DNA of 33,758 nt from Octopus bimaculoides (GCF_001194135.2 NC_069002.1:8628670-8662427), one strand, 5' to 3'; shown: positions 20,085 to 31,572, counted from the first letter of the stretch. Notes: generated from the letters alone by a model not told the origin. Numbers and translations: made by a program.

Positions 20085-20250
20085 AATTTATCTTTCTCTG
20101 CGTTGCAAAGTTGTCATAATCAATGAAGTTGAAAGAGTTAATTCGCTTGAGATAGGAGCAAGACATGGTTTTCGAAGACATCTTCATTCTGACTTCATTA
20201 CTCATTGCGTTAAATACTGTCGAAAGACATTCAATTTTGAAAATGCATTT
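20085..20250 (-). pseudogene. Degenerate hAT C-terminal dimerisation-region remnant (second, antisense transposase 3' end)
   Basis: Minus strand reads AFSKLNVFRQYL ... ~101 nt ... DNFATQRKINYF, resembling hAT SFSKLKLIK.YL...(33 aa)...FA..KARK..F with the correct spacing. Frameshifted. Confidence 0.45.
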
Positions 20251-20708
20251 AGTTTCCTCTCTTTGACCTTCCTCTCTCTGTTTTTTAGATATCTTCTCTC
20301 AACCCTCTGTGTCACTTCATATTTGATGTCGCTAAACAATTCACTGACCTAATTGATGGATGGATAAAGATGAAGATTCTATGACCTCAAGTGAATTGCG
20401 TGGAAAAGCACGAAATCTAAAAATCGAAGCAAGTTAGACCCTCTCATAAATATTACTTTGATAGCCAGATCAGTTTTATCAGAGAACTATAACGCAATTT
20501 TTTTTTTTTTTTGCCATCCGCAAAAGACGATTACATTGTAACCACACAAACATTTATTTTCTGTTTGGTGTTTAATGTCCCAAAAAAGAATAGAGTGTTA
20601 ATTTTCTTTCGTTACTATCCTCAAGCAGCTAAATTTCGTTGAATTATTTGTATTATCTTCCGTTTTATTCACGTTGTCATTGAATTATTTCCCACCCACC
20701 CATCCACA

Positions 20709-20741
<33 letters not shown>

Positions 20742-20819
20742 GACTATTTGTTTTTATCGTTAATTTTTACTAATTTCGTTTGAACTTTCAAAATTAGTTC
20801 AAACGACTGGAATACGTAT

Positions 20820-22280
20820 TATATAAGAACTTTTGTAACAGAGTTTTTCTGAAAATTACTTTGAAGGGAAGCAATTAATTGTAAGTTATGGCGGAACAGC
20901 ACTGAAATTAACTAGTTTGCGAAGTTCTAACCAGAAATGTATTTGTCAATTTCAGATTGACGCATAAAAAATAATAAAATGATTAACTGGAATTGCTAAG
21001 CTAAATAAGTTATTCTACTGATCATCTGTATGTAGTTTAGAAAAATGTTTGGACTGATTAAGTTTACGACGATATAAATAAACTACATATGGCCAAGTAC
21101 AAACATGAACGTTCTCAAAGACATATAAAATTCATAGATCTTAAAATATTTGATCATGTTTGCACAGACTTACAATTAGATATACATAGATGACAGAGCA
21201 TGAAGCAGCATAATGAAGTTTAACGAAACGGGGCTAGTCTGCGACGATTGATTGAAGCAGTTTTTTATAGGTCACCTAGAATTGTCATTTCTGGGTCATT
21301 TTGTATATGAAGAATCCAATAATTGTGGGAATTATAAAGAACTCATATATTTAATCAGTAAATAGGATGAAAAATTGGCAAACCATGTAAATACAACTTC
21401 CGTTTTCTCGGGCCTCTCAAACAGAATACAAAAAGACTTGATGGATACGATCCAAAAGGTTATGTCGAATGAAATAGAAAATAAACTTTCTCTGATGTCA
21501 TATTTAACAGTCTTCAGACAAAACGTCTTCACAATATACTGTAAAGAGCAAATAATTAAAACTAGAGCCGGGATCGAAATCAAACTGGAAAGTTTCTCCA
21601 ATATTTTGCGAAACGTATAAGAATGAATATAGAATCGATGCAGCAATCCAAATTAAGAGATCCAAGAATAAATCTATTCACAAGCAACAGCATTATAAAA
21701 TATCTTCTCCCAAATTATTGGCACATTAGCTAACCAATTAAAAGCAAGATATTCGTCTTTAGAATAGCTTAAATTCATGGAAATTCTCAATTTTAGGAAA
21801 GAATCTTGATGAATATTGCAAACGCTTTCAGTGTAACACATTAAATTCTTTAAGAACCACACGTAACAATTTTTTTTTTACAGAATTCGTTTACAGAGTG
21901 AACTAAAAGTTATATAAGGAATGGAAATTTTTTAAATGCAAAGTGCATTACAATTTTAAATTACAATTCAAAAAACAATGTGCAAAATGAATTACATCTA
22001 TATCAATAACCATATTAATGCCATGTCAGAGATCTTCAAACTTTGCAAATTGATTGTGACATTCCCTTCTATAATTGCTTCCCTTTAACGGCCTTTTTCT
22101 CTGTTGCAGAGAAATAAAAAAAAAACACCATAAAAAATACAAAAGACTTTTAGGGTTAGCTCTTATGTCATACAAATAAGATTTAGCTCCAGCAGCTAAA
22201 TGAAACAGAAATTTCGGTGAGTATGTGATAAGTATATTTGCCCTGTAGAATGGCAAAATTGAATTAGTTGCAAATGAAGC
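20820..22280 (+). pseudogene. hAT transposase pseudogene (TTF-type zinc-finger region, DUF4371-type region, C-terminal dimerisation domain) with the central catalytic region deleted
   Basis: Plus-strand segments: *LTGIAKLNKLFY* (WLTG..K...LYCW); KHERSQRH; LRRLIEAVF..LGHLELSFLGH...EESNNCGNYKELIYLISK*DEKLANHVNTTSVFSGLSNRIQKDL. There is then a jump to FSQIIGTLANQLKARYSSL, EIFKLCKLIVTFPSIIASL*RPFSLLQR (T.P...AS.ER.FS.L.R) and RLLGLALMS. Many stops and frameshifts. Confidence 0.9.
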
Positions 22281-23552
22281 AAGTAAATGATGATTTTTTC
22301 TACGTCTTTTTTGTTATTTAAGACATAATAAACAGTGGCCTTCATGGCTATGTTACATAACTAAATAGTTTATCTTGATGAAATAACTTCAAAATTGATT
22401 CAGCTTAAATGACTGCCCATCCTCAAAAGTCACCGCACGACATTGATATATATTTATCTATCTGACTATCTATCTATGTATGTACAGACAGATAGATAGA
22501 TAGACAGAGAGACAAACAGACAGATAACAACATACATACATACATACATACATAGGTTTGAAACACTGCACTAGCATATATTCTATATAATGAAATTATT
22601 TGCCTGGAATTCTGACAATTTACCGTAATAAATAAATTATTATATATACACAGACATGTATCATTATTCTAAATAATCTAATTATGTACATATATACAAA
22701 TTAATCAATGATATATTTGTTTTAACTCCGCTTAAGGATAGATGTTTAAAAAAATACGTACAAATTCTATATTTAACAATAATGAAATAAATTCAATAAC
22801 AGAAAAGATTTCAGATTTAGACGTAAATTGGATTGTGCACTTGTAGTTAGTAAATTAAGTATTTGGTCTAATATATCTGATACTTATACAATGGTGTATT
22901 TAAAATAATATTCATCGGTTTATTTTATCTGTCACAACAATGTTTCTCCTGCTCTGAATAATATAGTAGAATGCAAATATATTAGTTCAATCAAGCATTG
23001 ATTCTTTCATTAAAACCATTATTGGGTCTGAGAAATAGCTCCCATTACTAATTTTTCTTCTTTAAATTTGGTACTTATTCCATCCTGATCACTTTTGATG
23101 AACCGCAATCTAATCGACTGGCCTCCTCCCCCAAAATTAGAAAAGAATATACTTGACTTCACGAATATGTTCAATGATGTTTGGAGATAGTTGTAATTCA
23201 TTGGCAGGAATTAAGTGCTAGATTTTAATGTTTTTGGCTTTTAGAAATTATAAACAACAATTTCAGATAGAAAAGTACCTGTTGCTCTTTTCTACCTGCA
23301 ATTAGTGTTTAATAATGTCTGACATTTATGGATATCATCATCATCACCAGGTCGTTTTGCAAGATTTTCCAGTTTCCTCTGTGTAGTGTTGCATGCATAC
23401 AATGAGACAGGCTCTTGTTAGCAGTCAATTCTTAAGTGTGTTTATGTTCGTATGTGGGTATATGTGTGCGTATGTTTTTGTGTGAGTGTATATGTATGTG
23501 ATGTGTATACGTGTGTGATGTGTATACGGGTGTGATGTATGTGTAAATGAAT

Positions 23553-23976
23553 GATTCTTATCTAGCTCTTTAAATATTATTCTATAAATTGCAGAGTCGT
23601 TTTGAATTATTAGTAAGAACTCAGTTTGAAGGCGGTTTTACTGTTGTGTGTAGTTATTTGATTATTTCCGATATGATATCCCAATAAATTAGTAATTTCT
23701 ATTGATTCCTCTCTCAGTCATCTGAGACAATATTTCTATAAACTCAGGCTTTATCCTACAGGTGTATCATAAAATATCTGGATAATTATATGCTTGGTTA
23801 TCCAATATTTCACTAATGATCACAGTGTTATAAATTCTCTTTAAATAAGAGTTATAAACCGTTCACATATCGCTCAGTCTCTGACAAGCAACACTCTCTT
23901 CATTATAGCATTGTGAAGAACGTTCCAGAAAGCATGAAAGTAACATATCGGAGGGGTTAATTACGATGTAATGTAT
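23553..23976 (+). repeat. Long inverted repeat, left arm (~424 bp)
   Basis: Matches the reverse complement of 25648-26070 with about 36 mismatches and one indel by hand alignment (~90-92%). Confidence 0.95.
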
Positions 23977-24039
23977 ATGTGTGATATACCGTTCCATAGA
24001 GGAATGGGCTTACAGACAGTGTCATTGAAGGGTCTAATA

Positions 24040-24262
24040 TACGAGGGGAAGCTGAAAATTTCTTGGCTTTAAGTGTGTCACGAAAGGTTTGGTTGAAGGC
24101 CCATTCTCCCGAGTTCTTTTACATGGATTAGAAGAACTGAAGGACCGCTGCATTTTGTGTGAATATTGAGAGGGGAATATCTTGAACAAAACCATTATTA
24201 ACTGATCCTTCTGTATTTTCTTTTACGCAAAGACACGGAGTTTTCAGCATTCTCTCGCGTGT
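24040..24262 (+). mobile_element. Mariner-derived MITE (~220 bp)
   Basis: Left TIR TA-CGAGGGGAAGCTGAAAATTTCTTGGCTTT. Degenerate right TIR aaagacacggagttttcagcattctctcg. The interior reads GLEELKDRC..CEY*EG, a remnant of the mariner C-terminus (G..KL..R..KC....GEY.E). Confidence 0.8.
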
Positions 24263-24266
24263 ATGC

Positions 24267-24303
<37 letters not shown>

Positions 24304-24799
24304 AAGGGCATTAACTGTGTATTAATACCTCACGCTATCGAGGGACTAAATAAGTAAAAAAAACACCAAAAATAAGTAGCATATTTACCGAAAGCGAGGG
24401 AATGCAACTTTTCAAATTTTATCTCTTAAAAACTCTTAAAAACAGTTAAATGTTNNNNNNNNNNNNNNNNNNNNNNNNNNNNNNNNNNNNNNNNNNNNNN
24501 NNNNNNNNNNNNNNNNNNNNNNNNNNNNNNNNNNNNNNNNNNNNNNNNNNNNNNNNNNNNNNNNNNNNNNNNNNNNNNNNNNNNNNNNNNNNNNNNNNNN
24601 NNNNNNNNNNNNNNNNNNNNNNNNNNNNNNNNNNNNNNNNNNNNNNNNNNNNNNNNNNNNNNNNNNNNNNNNNNNNNNNNNNNNNNNNNNNNNNNNNNNN
24701 NNNNNNNNNNNNNNNNNNNNNNNNNNNNNNNNNNNNNNNNNNNNNNNNNNNNNNNNNNNNNNNNNNNNNNNNNNNNNNNNNNNNNNNNNNNNNNATATA

Positions 24800-25640
24800 T
24801 ACGAGGTGTAGTCAAAAGGTATCCGACGTTTGGCTAAAAAACAAGTATTATTAAAAAAACTCACCAATTTGATTTAGTCTCCTTCTTAGTATTCGCATTG
24901 GGAGTCTACACACTTCTGCCAGCATTCGTGCCACGGTTGGAAACATTCTTGGAAATCTCTTTTGGAGAAGCTGTAGAGCTTTGCCTTCGAATTTTGATCA
25001 ATGTCCTCCGTTGACTAAAATATTCTCCCTTTGAGCGTCATTTTTTCTTTTTTTAGCTTTGTGAACAGCCAAAATTCACGCGGAGCTAAGTCTGCTGACG
25101 GACAAATGGTGTGTTTTGCTTAATGAGAAATGCTTGAACGACGTGGACAGAATGAACTAACATGGTTGATTCCACAATCTCCTGAATAGTCACATGACGG
25201 TCTTCCTACACTATTCCTCGAACCTTAGCAATCATTTAGTTGTTTCTGCTGGTCAATGGTCTGCCACAACGTGGCTCACTGTCCAAGGAGGGGCGGCCAA
25301 CTATGAATCGGTTTTAGCACTCCTTTATTTGTATTTATCCCAAGGCGTCATCTCCAAAGGTTTTCTGAATATTCTCTATAGTCTGGGCTTACGTATCACC
25401 AAGTTTTAGCAGAATTTGATATAGTACCAATGATAGCGGAAACTGAAAGTCGAGCTTGTCTAAAGAATGTATGTATCCAGACTTTATCGACATGCTGTAT
25501 ATCTACATAAATGTTGTACATCACTGTGCCTGTACGACTCTCTTATCACAATGTTTCAACAGGATTCTCCTTCGACACTGTATTTATAAAACTTCATTAC
25601 CACATTTTGTTTATAAATCTGTCCGTTTGGGACAATATAT
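24800..25640 (-). mobile_element. Mariner element, internally deleted; the TIR at the higher-coordinate end is not clearly recognisable
   Basis: TA-CGAGGTGTAGTCAAAAGGTATCCGAC TIR at 24800 next to a TA tract. Transposase remnant inside. Confidence 0.85.
24874..25420 (-). pseudogene. Mariner transposase pseudogene (HTH region joined to C-terminus, DD core largely deleted)
   Basis: Minus strand reads IKFC*KLGDT*AQTIENIQKTFGDDALG...SLDSEPRCGRPLTS...EDRHVTIQEIVES, then HSVHVVQAFLIKQNTPFVRQ, SADLAPREFWLFTKLK (YSPDLAP motif), KMTLKGR and FQECFQPWHECWQKCVDSQCEY*EGD*. Confidence 0.92.
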
Positions 25641-25647
25641 AGTGCTT

Positions 25648-26070
25648 ATACATAAATCATAATTAACCCCTGTGATAAGTTACGTTCATACTTTCTAGAA
25701 CGTTCTTCACAATGTTATAATGAAGCGAGTGTTGCTTGTCAGAGACTGAGCGATATGTGAATGGTTTATAACTCTTATTTAAAGAGAATTTATTATACTG
25801 TAATCATTAGTGAAATATTGGATAACCGTGCATATAATTATTCAGATATTTTATGATACACCTGTAGGATAAAGCCTGAGTTTATAGAGATAGTGTCTCA
25901 GGTGACTGAGAGAAGAATCAATAGAAATTACTAATTTATTGGAATAACATATCGGAAATAATCAAATAACTATAGACAACAGTAAAACCGCCTTCAAGCT
26001 GATTTCTTACTAATAATTCAACATGATTCTGCACTTTGTAGAATAATATTGAAGGAGTTAGAGAAGAATC
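25648..26070 (-). repeat. Long inverted repeat, right arm (~423 bp)
   Basis: Reverse-complement copy of 23553-23976, e.g. actcttatttaaagagaattta vs taaattctctttaaataagagt, and cacctgtaggataaagcctgagtttatag vs ctataaactcaggctttatcctacaggtg. Confidence 0.95.
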
Positions 26071-26244
26071 CTATATTTATACTATAAGAATCTTGATTCT
26101 GCAGTTAAAAGCATTTACATCAGTAATTCTCTGACTAGTATTTTTATTTAATATACAAAGGAATCGCGCACAGGAGTATAAGGTGTTGTGTTACACGCAC
26201 GCACACACTCAGACACGCATACATACACACATTTTTTTTCTTTT

Positions 26245-26455
26245 TACTTGTTTCAATCATTTGACTGCGGCCATGCTGGAGCACTGACTTTAGTCGAACA
26301 AATCGAACGCAGGACTTATCCTTTTATAAGCCGTAAGCCTGGTACTTATTCCATCGGTCGTTTTGCCGAACTGCTAAGTTACGGGGACGTAAACACACCA
26401 ACATCGGTTGTCAATCCACGGTTGGNNNNNNNNNNGCACAGACACACAAATACAC
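26245..26455 (-). mobile_element. SINE family A, 3' body (10-N gap at 26426-26435)
   Basis: tacttgtttcaatcatttgactgcggccatgctggagcac...tagtcgaacaaatcgaacgcaggacttat...ttgccgaactgctaagttacggggacgtaaacacacc. Confidence 0.85.
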
Positions 26456-26929
26456 GCACACACACGTACCTGGCTGAAATGGTACGGTATATGTATCCAT
26501 GCCACTTTGGCTTGCTTTGAGTACTACTATGGACTCGTTACAATAATATATATATACCAATACAAAAGCCACGCCGCTTTTTCTCTTCTTCCTTCTCAGA
26601 AAAGATTTTTTCCTTCTTTCTTCTCCCTTGCTTGGGAAACCCCACAAAAGGCCAGGAAATCTAACTTTAAACAATTTTTTTTGATAAATCTGATAACTGA
26701 AGAAAGCGCTAAAAATGTAAATAGAATGTAAATAAAAATATCTATATAATCATCCAACATTCCGACTACGTTATTATATATATATATATATATATATACA
26801 TATGTACATATTTAAATGTATACTGTACATTGTACTCTTTCCATTGATAATAGATGATCTACATTAGTTATATTTGCTATTCATTACTTCTTACTATAAC
26901 CATTATAATCTCGTGCAAGAGTTTTTATC

Positions 26930-27279
26930 ATCATTATCACCATCACCACCACCGCCATCACCATCACCATCACCGCTGCCACTACCGTCATTATCATCAT
27001 TATATTTAGTGCTGCATATGTTTTACGTCTAAAGTAGCCATTATTAATTTTATTATTATTATTATTATTATCATTATTAATATTATTATTATGTGGTTAT
27101 TGCTAGTTGAAAATCAATATTATTATTATTATTATCATTATTATTATTATTATTATTATTATTACAAAGTTTATGGAGAACGTAGATGCTAANNNNNNNN
27201 NNTATAATTTCATCCCTCTCCTACTCTTTCCTTCCCCCTCTCTTTTCTTTCTTTCAATTCTTCATCTCCCTCTCTTTCG

Positions 27280-27325
<46 letters not shown>
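26930..27325. repeat. (CAT/CAC)n, (ATT)n and (CT)n simple repeats
   Basis: Directly visible. Confidence 0.9.
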
Positions 27326-27879
27326 TTTCGTTCTTTCTTTCTCGAAACTATTGATATAATTCCTTTATTTCCTTCTAAATTACTTATTCAATGTTTTTCA
27401 ACAAAGCCTTCTACATATTTCAGGAAATGTTCGTTCGTTGGAAAGATTTACGTTTGAAATATGCAAAAAATGTAATTGCATGCAGTGGGGGTGAAGAACA
27501 AATGTTTTGTTTGATATCCAGCTAAATATATTTCTTGGATAGTTAATTCTTTTCTTCGGTTCGAAATGTATACTACAGTAACAGTAAAAATATCATATCA
27601 CATGTTATATGTTCTTACATAATTCATCGAATACAGAATGGATTTTTCTAGTGACTTATTGAAAAACAAAACAAAATAGTATATGAGATTTGAGAATAGT
27701 TAAACATTTATTTTTCTCATTAAGAAATGTTCTATTGATCAAACATTTTTAGAATTTATAGTTTGCATGTAAAAATCTTTGCCGACACATCGAGCATAAT
27801 TAATCTTCGCTGATGAGCAAAAATAAAAGCGAAACTCCCCTCATCTTGCCTGCTAACAGAGAACATGTTGTTCAGCTCC

Positions 27880-28330
27880 ATCTATCGATCTCTTCCTGGA
27901 AGTGTCGTGGGGGTGGAATCCTCAGGCATCTCGTCTGTCAGAAGCAAACGTCACTACACTTTAAAGTTGGATTCCCAAGTGTGACCAAGTGAGGTTTTGG
28001 ATATTATCCAACAATCTTACTGATGAACTAAGCCCGTGTCTCTTGCCAGTTGGTTCGGCTTCAAAAATCCGTCTGCATCGTTCTAACCATATGTCCGTAG
28101 TACTGAATCTATGACTTCTCAATGCAGAGAAGTATTGGATCGACCTGGAGAGCCTTCCAAATCTCCGAGCAACGCAACCTCCTGAGTAACATTAGTGCAG
28201 GGACCCTTCGGTGGAATCCCATTTTAACCGATCGTATTCGTGCTGGAACACTTTCAGTTGTTTCCCAACATCCGTGACCACAAGTGAAGGTAAACACTGA
28301 AAACAAATTGAAGATAACAAGCTTGGTTTA
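27880..28330 (-). mobile_element. RTE-clade (Expander/Rex3-like) LINE 3' fragment
   Basis: Minus strand reads KLVIFNLFSVFTFTCGHGCWETTESVPARIRSVKMGFHRRV...RCSEIWKALQVDPILLCIEKS*IQYYGHMVR...RRIFEAEPTGKR...LLDNIQNLTWSHLGIQ. This matches the Expander-type pattern LTYGHE.W..TE..RSRIQAAEM.FLRRV...EPLLL.IE.SQLRW.GH. Confidence 0.85.
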
Positions 28331-28444
28331 TTTGCCAACATTTCATCTCCTGAGAATCTCGCATGTTTATCCGATTAAAACGTAAATACAATATGTTAAA
28401 TCAAGAAAATCTTGTAATTATTCTTCTTTCACACACACACACAC

Positions 28445-28606
28445 GCGCGCCAGTTGCTGTGTGGTAAAACGTTTGCTTTCCAGCCACATAATCTCGGGTT
28501 CAATCCCACTGCGTAGTATCTTCAAATACTGTCTTCTACTATTGACTCGGGCCGGCCAAATCACTAAGAATCGATTTGGTGGACGGATACTGAAAGATGC
28601 CTGCCC

Positions 28607-28610
<4 letters not shown>
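28445..28610 (+). mobile_element. SINE family A, 5' body
   Basis: gctgtgtggtaaaacgtttgctttccagccacataatctcgggttcaatcccactgcgt...tcgggccggccaaa...gatttggtggacggatactgaaag. Confidence 0.85.
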
Positions 28611-28641
<31 letters not shown>

Positions 28642-29989
28642 NNNNNNNNNNNNNNNNNNNNNNNNNNNNNNNNNNNNNNNNNNNNNNNNNNNNNNNNNNN
28701 NNNNNNNNNNNNNNNNNNNNNNNNNNNNNNNNNNNNNNNNNNNNNNNNNNNNNNNNNNNNNNNNNNNNNNNNNNNNNNNNNNNNNNNNNNNNNNNNNNNN
28801 NNNNNNNNNNNNNNNNNNNNNNNNNNNNNNNNNNNNNNNNNNNNNNNNNNNNNNNNNNNNNNNNNNNNNNNATGGCGATTGATAAACAATCTGTTGGCGC
28901 CTCAAAGAAGCAATGTGCTTGAAGTTTCAGATTAAAGCTACTTCACTTATTTAGCAACACTCTTTGAGAAATATCTGAATGCAGTAATTTTTCGTTTGAC
29001 TTTCTTGACAGATATATATCCTCTCTGTATTGTGTGAAAAAATAAATACAAGGCTAGACAACAGAATATACAAACAAATAACTCTTACACCATCAATCAC
29101 CAGTCATCAATCATTAATACACTTGTGACCTACATGAGCACGAAATCGTTATTTGCATCATCGCATCGCATCGCCGAAGATGGTGTCGTTGAATACCCCG
29201 GAGCCATATTTTTGGCAATAACATACGACAATTCCCTCGACATCTTATTTCTAGACGAAAAAAACATACGTGAAGGAATTCACAAAATGTTAAATCTTTA
29301 TTGGTTTTTCTTCTAATATTCGGTGAATAGTTTGACAACCATAAATTCCTATTTATTTTCCTAAATTTTTATGCGTTTTTATCCTATTTTCTTCATAAAC
29401 TTTACAACTAATAGATTGTATTATGTGTTTCTTTCCACCAGTTCAAATTGTGTTATATTTAACCTTTTATCATTTTTATTGATATATTTCTTGCGTAGAT
29501 ATTTTTCTAAATATTCTCTTCTTTGGAAAACAATACACCAAAATTGACTTTTAATACTCGGCTTCCTTCGTATGTGAAAATGTTCTCAGATTTAAATAAT
29601 ACAGTAAATAACTGCTAAAATATTTAATGTGCTGAGCAAAATAACTTCAATCAATGAAATCTATATCTGCATCATGATATCAAACGAGGGCAAGGGAGAT
29701 AACTGAAAATAAAGCTAAGTAATGGATCAACGCACCCACGTTTCTATTTTATAAAATGTGATGAAGGAAGATTTGTCTGATCTTTGGCTGATGAGCATTT
29801 CGCCATTGTATTTGTGTCAAGCAAAGGCTATACATGGCAATAAAGGCTGTATACGCATGCGTTTAGTGTCCACCAGAAACACAAGGACAAAAGAAGATAC
29901 ATACCAACGCACATTTTAAAAAAAAAGCACACACACACACAGAGATTTTAGAGGATGTGATATTTTTCATTGAAACTGAATAATATTGT

Positions 29990-30200
29990 TTCTAATATAG
30001 GCCCAAGTCTAACAATTCTCAAGGAAAGAATTAATTGACACTATGGAATCCATTACATGAATGTTACTATATTTTACCAAACTTGGAGACATAAGACGTA
30101 AATCTGACCTACACAGGATACGAACTCAGAACATAAAGAGCCATAACAAGTATCGCGAAGCAGTTTTCTGACGCTCAAACTATTCTGCCATTTTACCTTC
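29990..30200 (-). mobile_element. SINE family B, highly degenerate
   Basis: tctaatataggcccaagtct (tail)...gaactcagaacataaagag...acgctcaaactattctgcca (head). Confidence 0.5.
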
Positions 30201-30520
30201 GAAGAATCGTCCATACATTTATCAGCCCGCAATGTTCAGAAGCTGGAATTTTCTTTTGTTATCTCTAACTAGAATCCTTTTATCGTACTCGTGGGGTTAT
30301 TTTAAAAACTGGACGCCATGATACTTTTTCTTGGTTTGTCGTTTTGTCTGTGTCTTTTCGCCGAGCGCACTCAGCGTATTTGAAATCTAAGTATGTTGCT
30401 GATCCACTCTACTGAAACCTTGTCAATTTTTAATTTATCTTCTATCTACCTCCCTTCACTTTCTGTTTCACCTACCAATTGGTTCCAAGCGATTTTTGAT
30501 GTCTACACTCGACGAAAGAA

Positions 30521-30668
30521 GGTGTGTGGCCTAGTATGTACGGTGTAACACTTACAATATCGCACGAGATCGTGGTTTCGATTCCCGGTCCGAGCAGTGC
30601 GATGTGTTGTTGTCTAAAAGAATTCATTTCACGTTGCTCTAGTCCACTCAGATTTAAATGTGTAGTCA
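30521..30668 (+). mobile_element. tRNA-derived SINE of a third family
   Basis: A-box-like gtGGCCTAGT, B-box-like GGTTTCGATTCCc, and body atttcacgttgctctagtccactcag. There is no cloverleaf closure, so it is not a tRNA gene. Confidence 0.7.
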
Positions 30669-30809
30669 TTTAATGTTAGTTATCTTCTTTTCTTCCATAT
30701 ATTATCGCTTTTTCACGTCTAAAGCAGCTACTTCTTGCACATTTTAAAGAGAATTAACTAATATTTATAATTATGTCATTGATAATGTTATTGAAAAATT
30801 GCATTTGGA

Positions 30810-31110
30810 ACACCATCAGCATCGGTTACAACACTAAGAACAGCAACAACAGAAACAGCTATAACAACAAGAACAACAATGGTATTGCCACTACCACAAT
30901 TACCACCACCAGCACCACCACTACATTTCATTACAACAATGGAAATAATAACATCGATGTTAACAATCATAACATCATTGTAAACTACGTCATCACAGAA
31001 AACATCAACATTAACAACAGCAATAATACTAGTAACAACAACAACAATAACATGAAAATCTCCATCATCAGAAGCATTATTAGCAATGACAACAATAACG
31101 ATATTAACTG
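30810..31110. repeat. (AAC)/(ACC)/(AAT) trinucleotide low-complexity tract
   Basis: Directly visible; it produces the N/T-rich ORF 30773-31111. Confidence 0.9.
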
Positions 31111-31274
31111 AACAGTGTTCTCAGTAATATACAGAAAAGAGAATTTTAATATCGAATATAAGCTATATAAGAGCTTCGGAAATATTATATTGCGAAAAAT
31201 CTTATTAATTTATAATTTATTGTTCATTTATCATTGCTACATTTTAAATTTCTATTTTATATCATCGAGGCAAA

Positions 31275-31427
31275 TTATTGTGTGTGTGTGTGTATGTAAG
31301 GGCGGTTGCGTTCGTATATGTATACGTTCTTCCATTTAATCTTTCTCTCTCTGTTGCTTGATTTCTCTCTCTCTCTCTGTATATATATTCATATTTGTAG
31401 TTTGCACACACACACACACACACACAT

Positions 31428-31464
<37 letters not shown>

Positions 31465-31572
31465 ATATGTATTTATATTCATATACACATATATATTCAT
31501 ACATATACATATATATATATATGTACATATATATATATTTGTAGTTTATGTGTGTGTGTGTGTGTGTATATA

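Larger units (their letters stand above)
19994..22445. mobile_element. hAT DNA transposon, possibly composite, bounded by imperfect TIRs
   Basis: Left end CAGTGGCGTGCac (19994). Right end gcacgacattg (22445), whose reverse complement CAATGTCGTGC matches 9/11. The 8-bp flanks ataattat and atatatat match 6/8, which is weak evidence in AT-rich DNA. Transposase remnants lie inside. Confidence 0.7.

Noticed and set aside
19986-22453. 8-bp hAT target-site duplication as firm evidence of a single insertion
   Set aside because: ataattat vs atatatat (6/8) lies within AT microsatellite-like flanks and is compatible with chance, so it is used only as weak support.
29125-29316. 63-aa ORF MTYMSTKSLFASSH...
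   Set aside because: Short, with no recognisable motif and no convincing splice sites.
30773-31111. 112-aa Asn/Thr-rich ORF
   Set aside because: It is an (AAC)/(ACC) low-complexity tract with no homology or exon boundaries.
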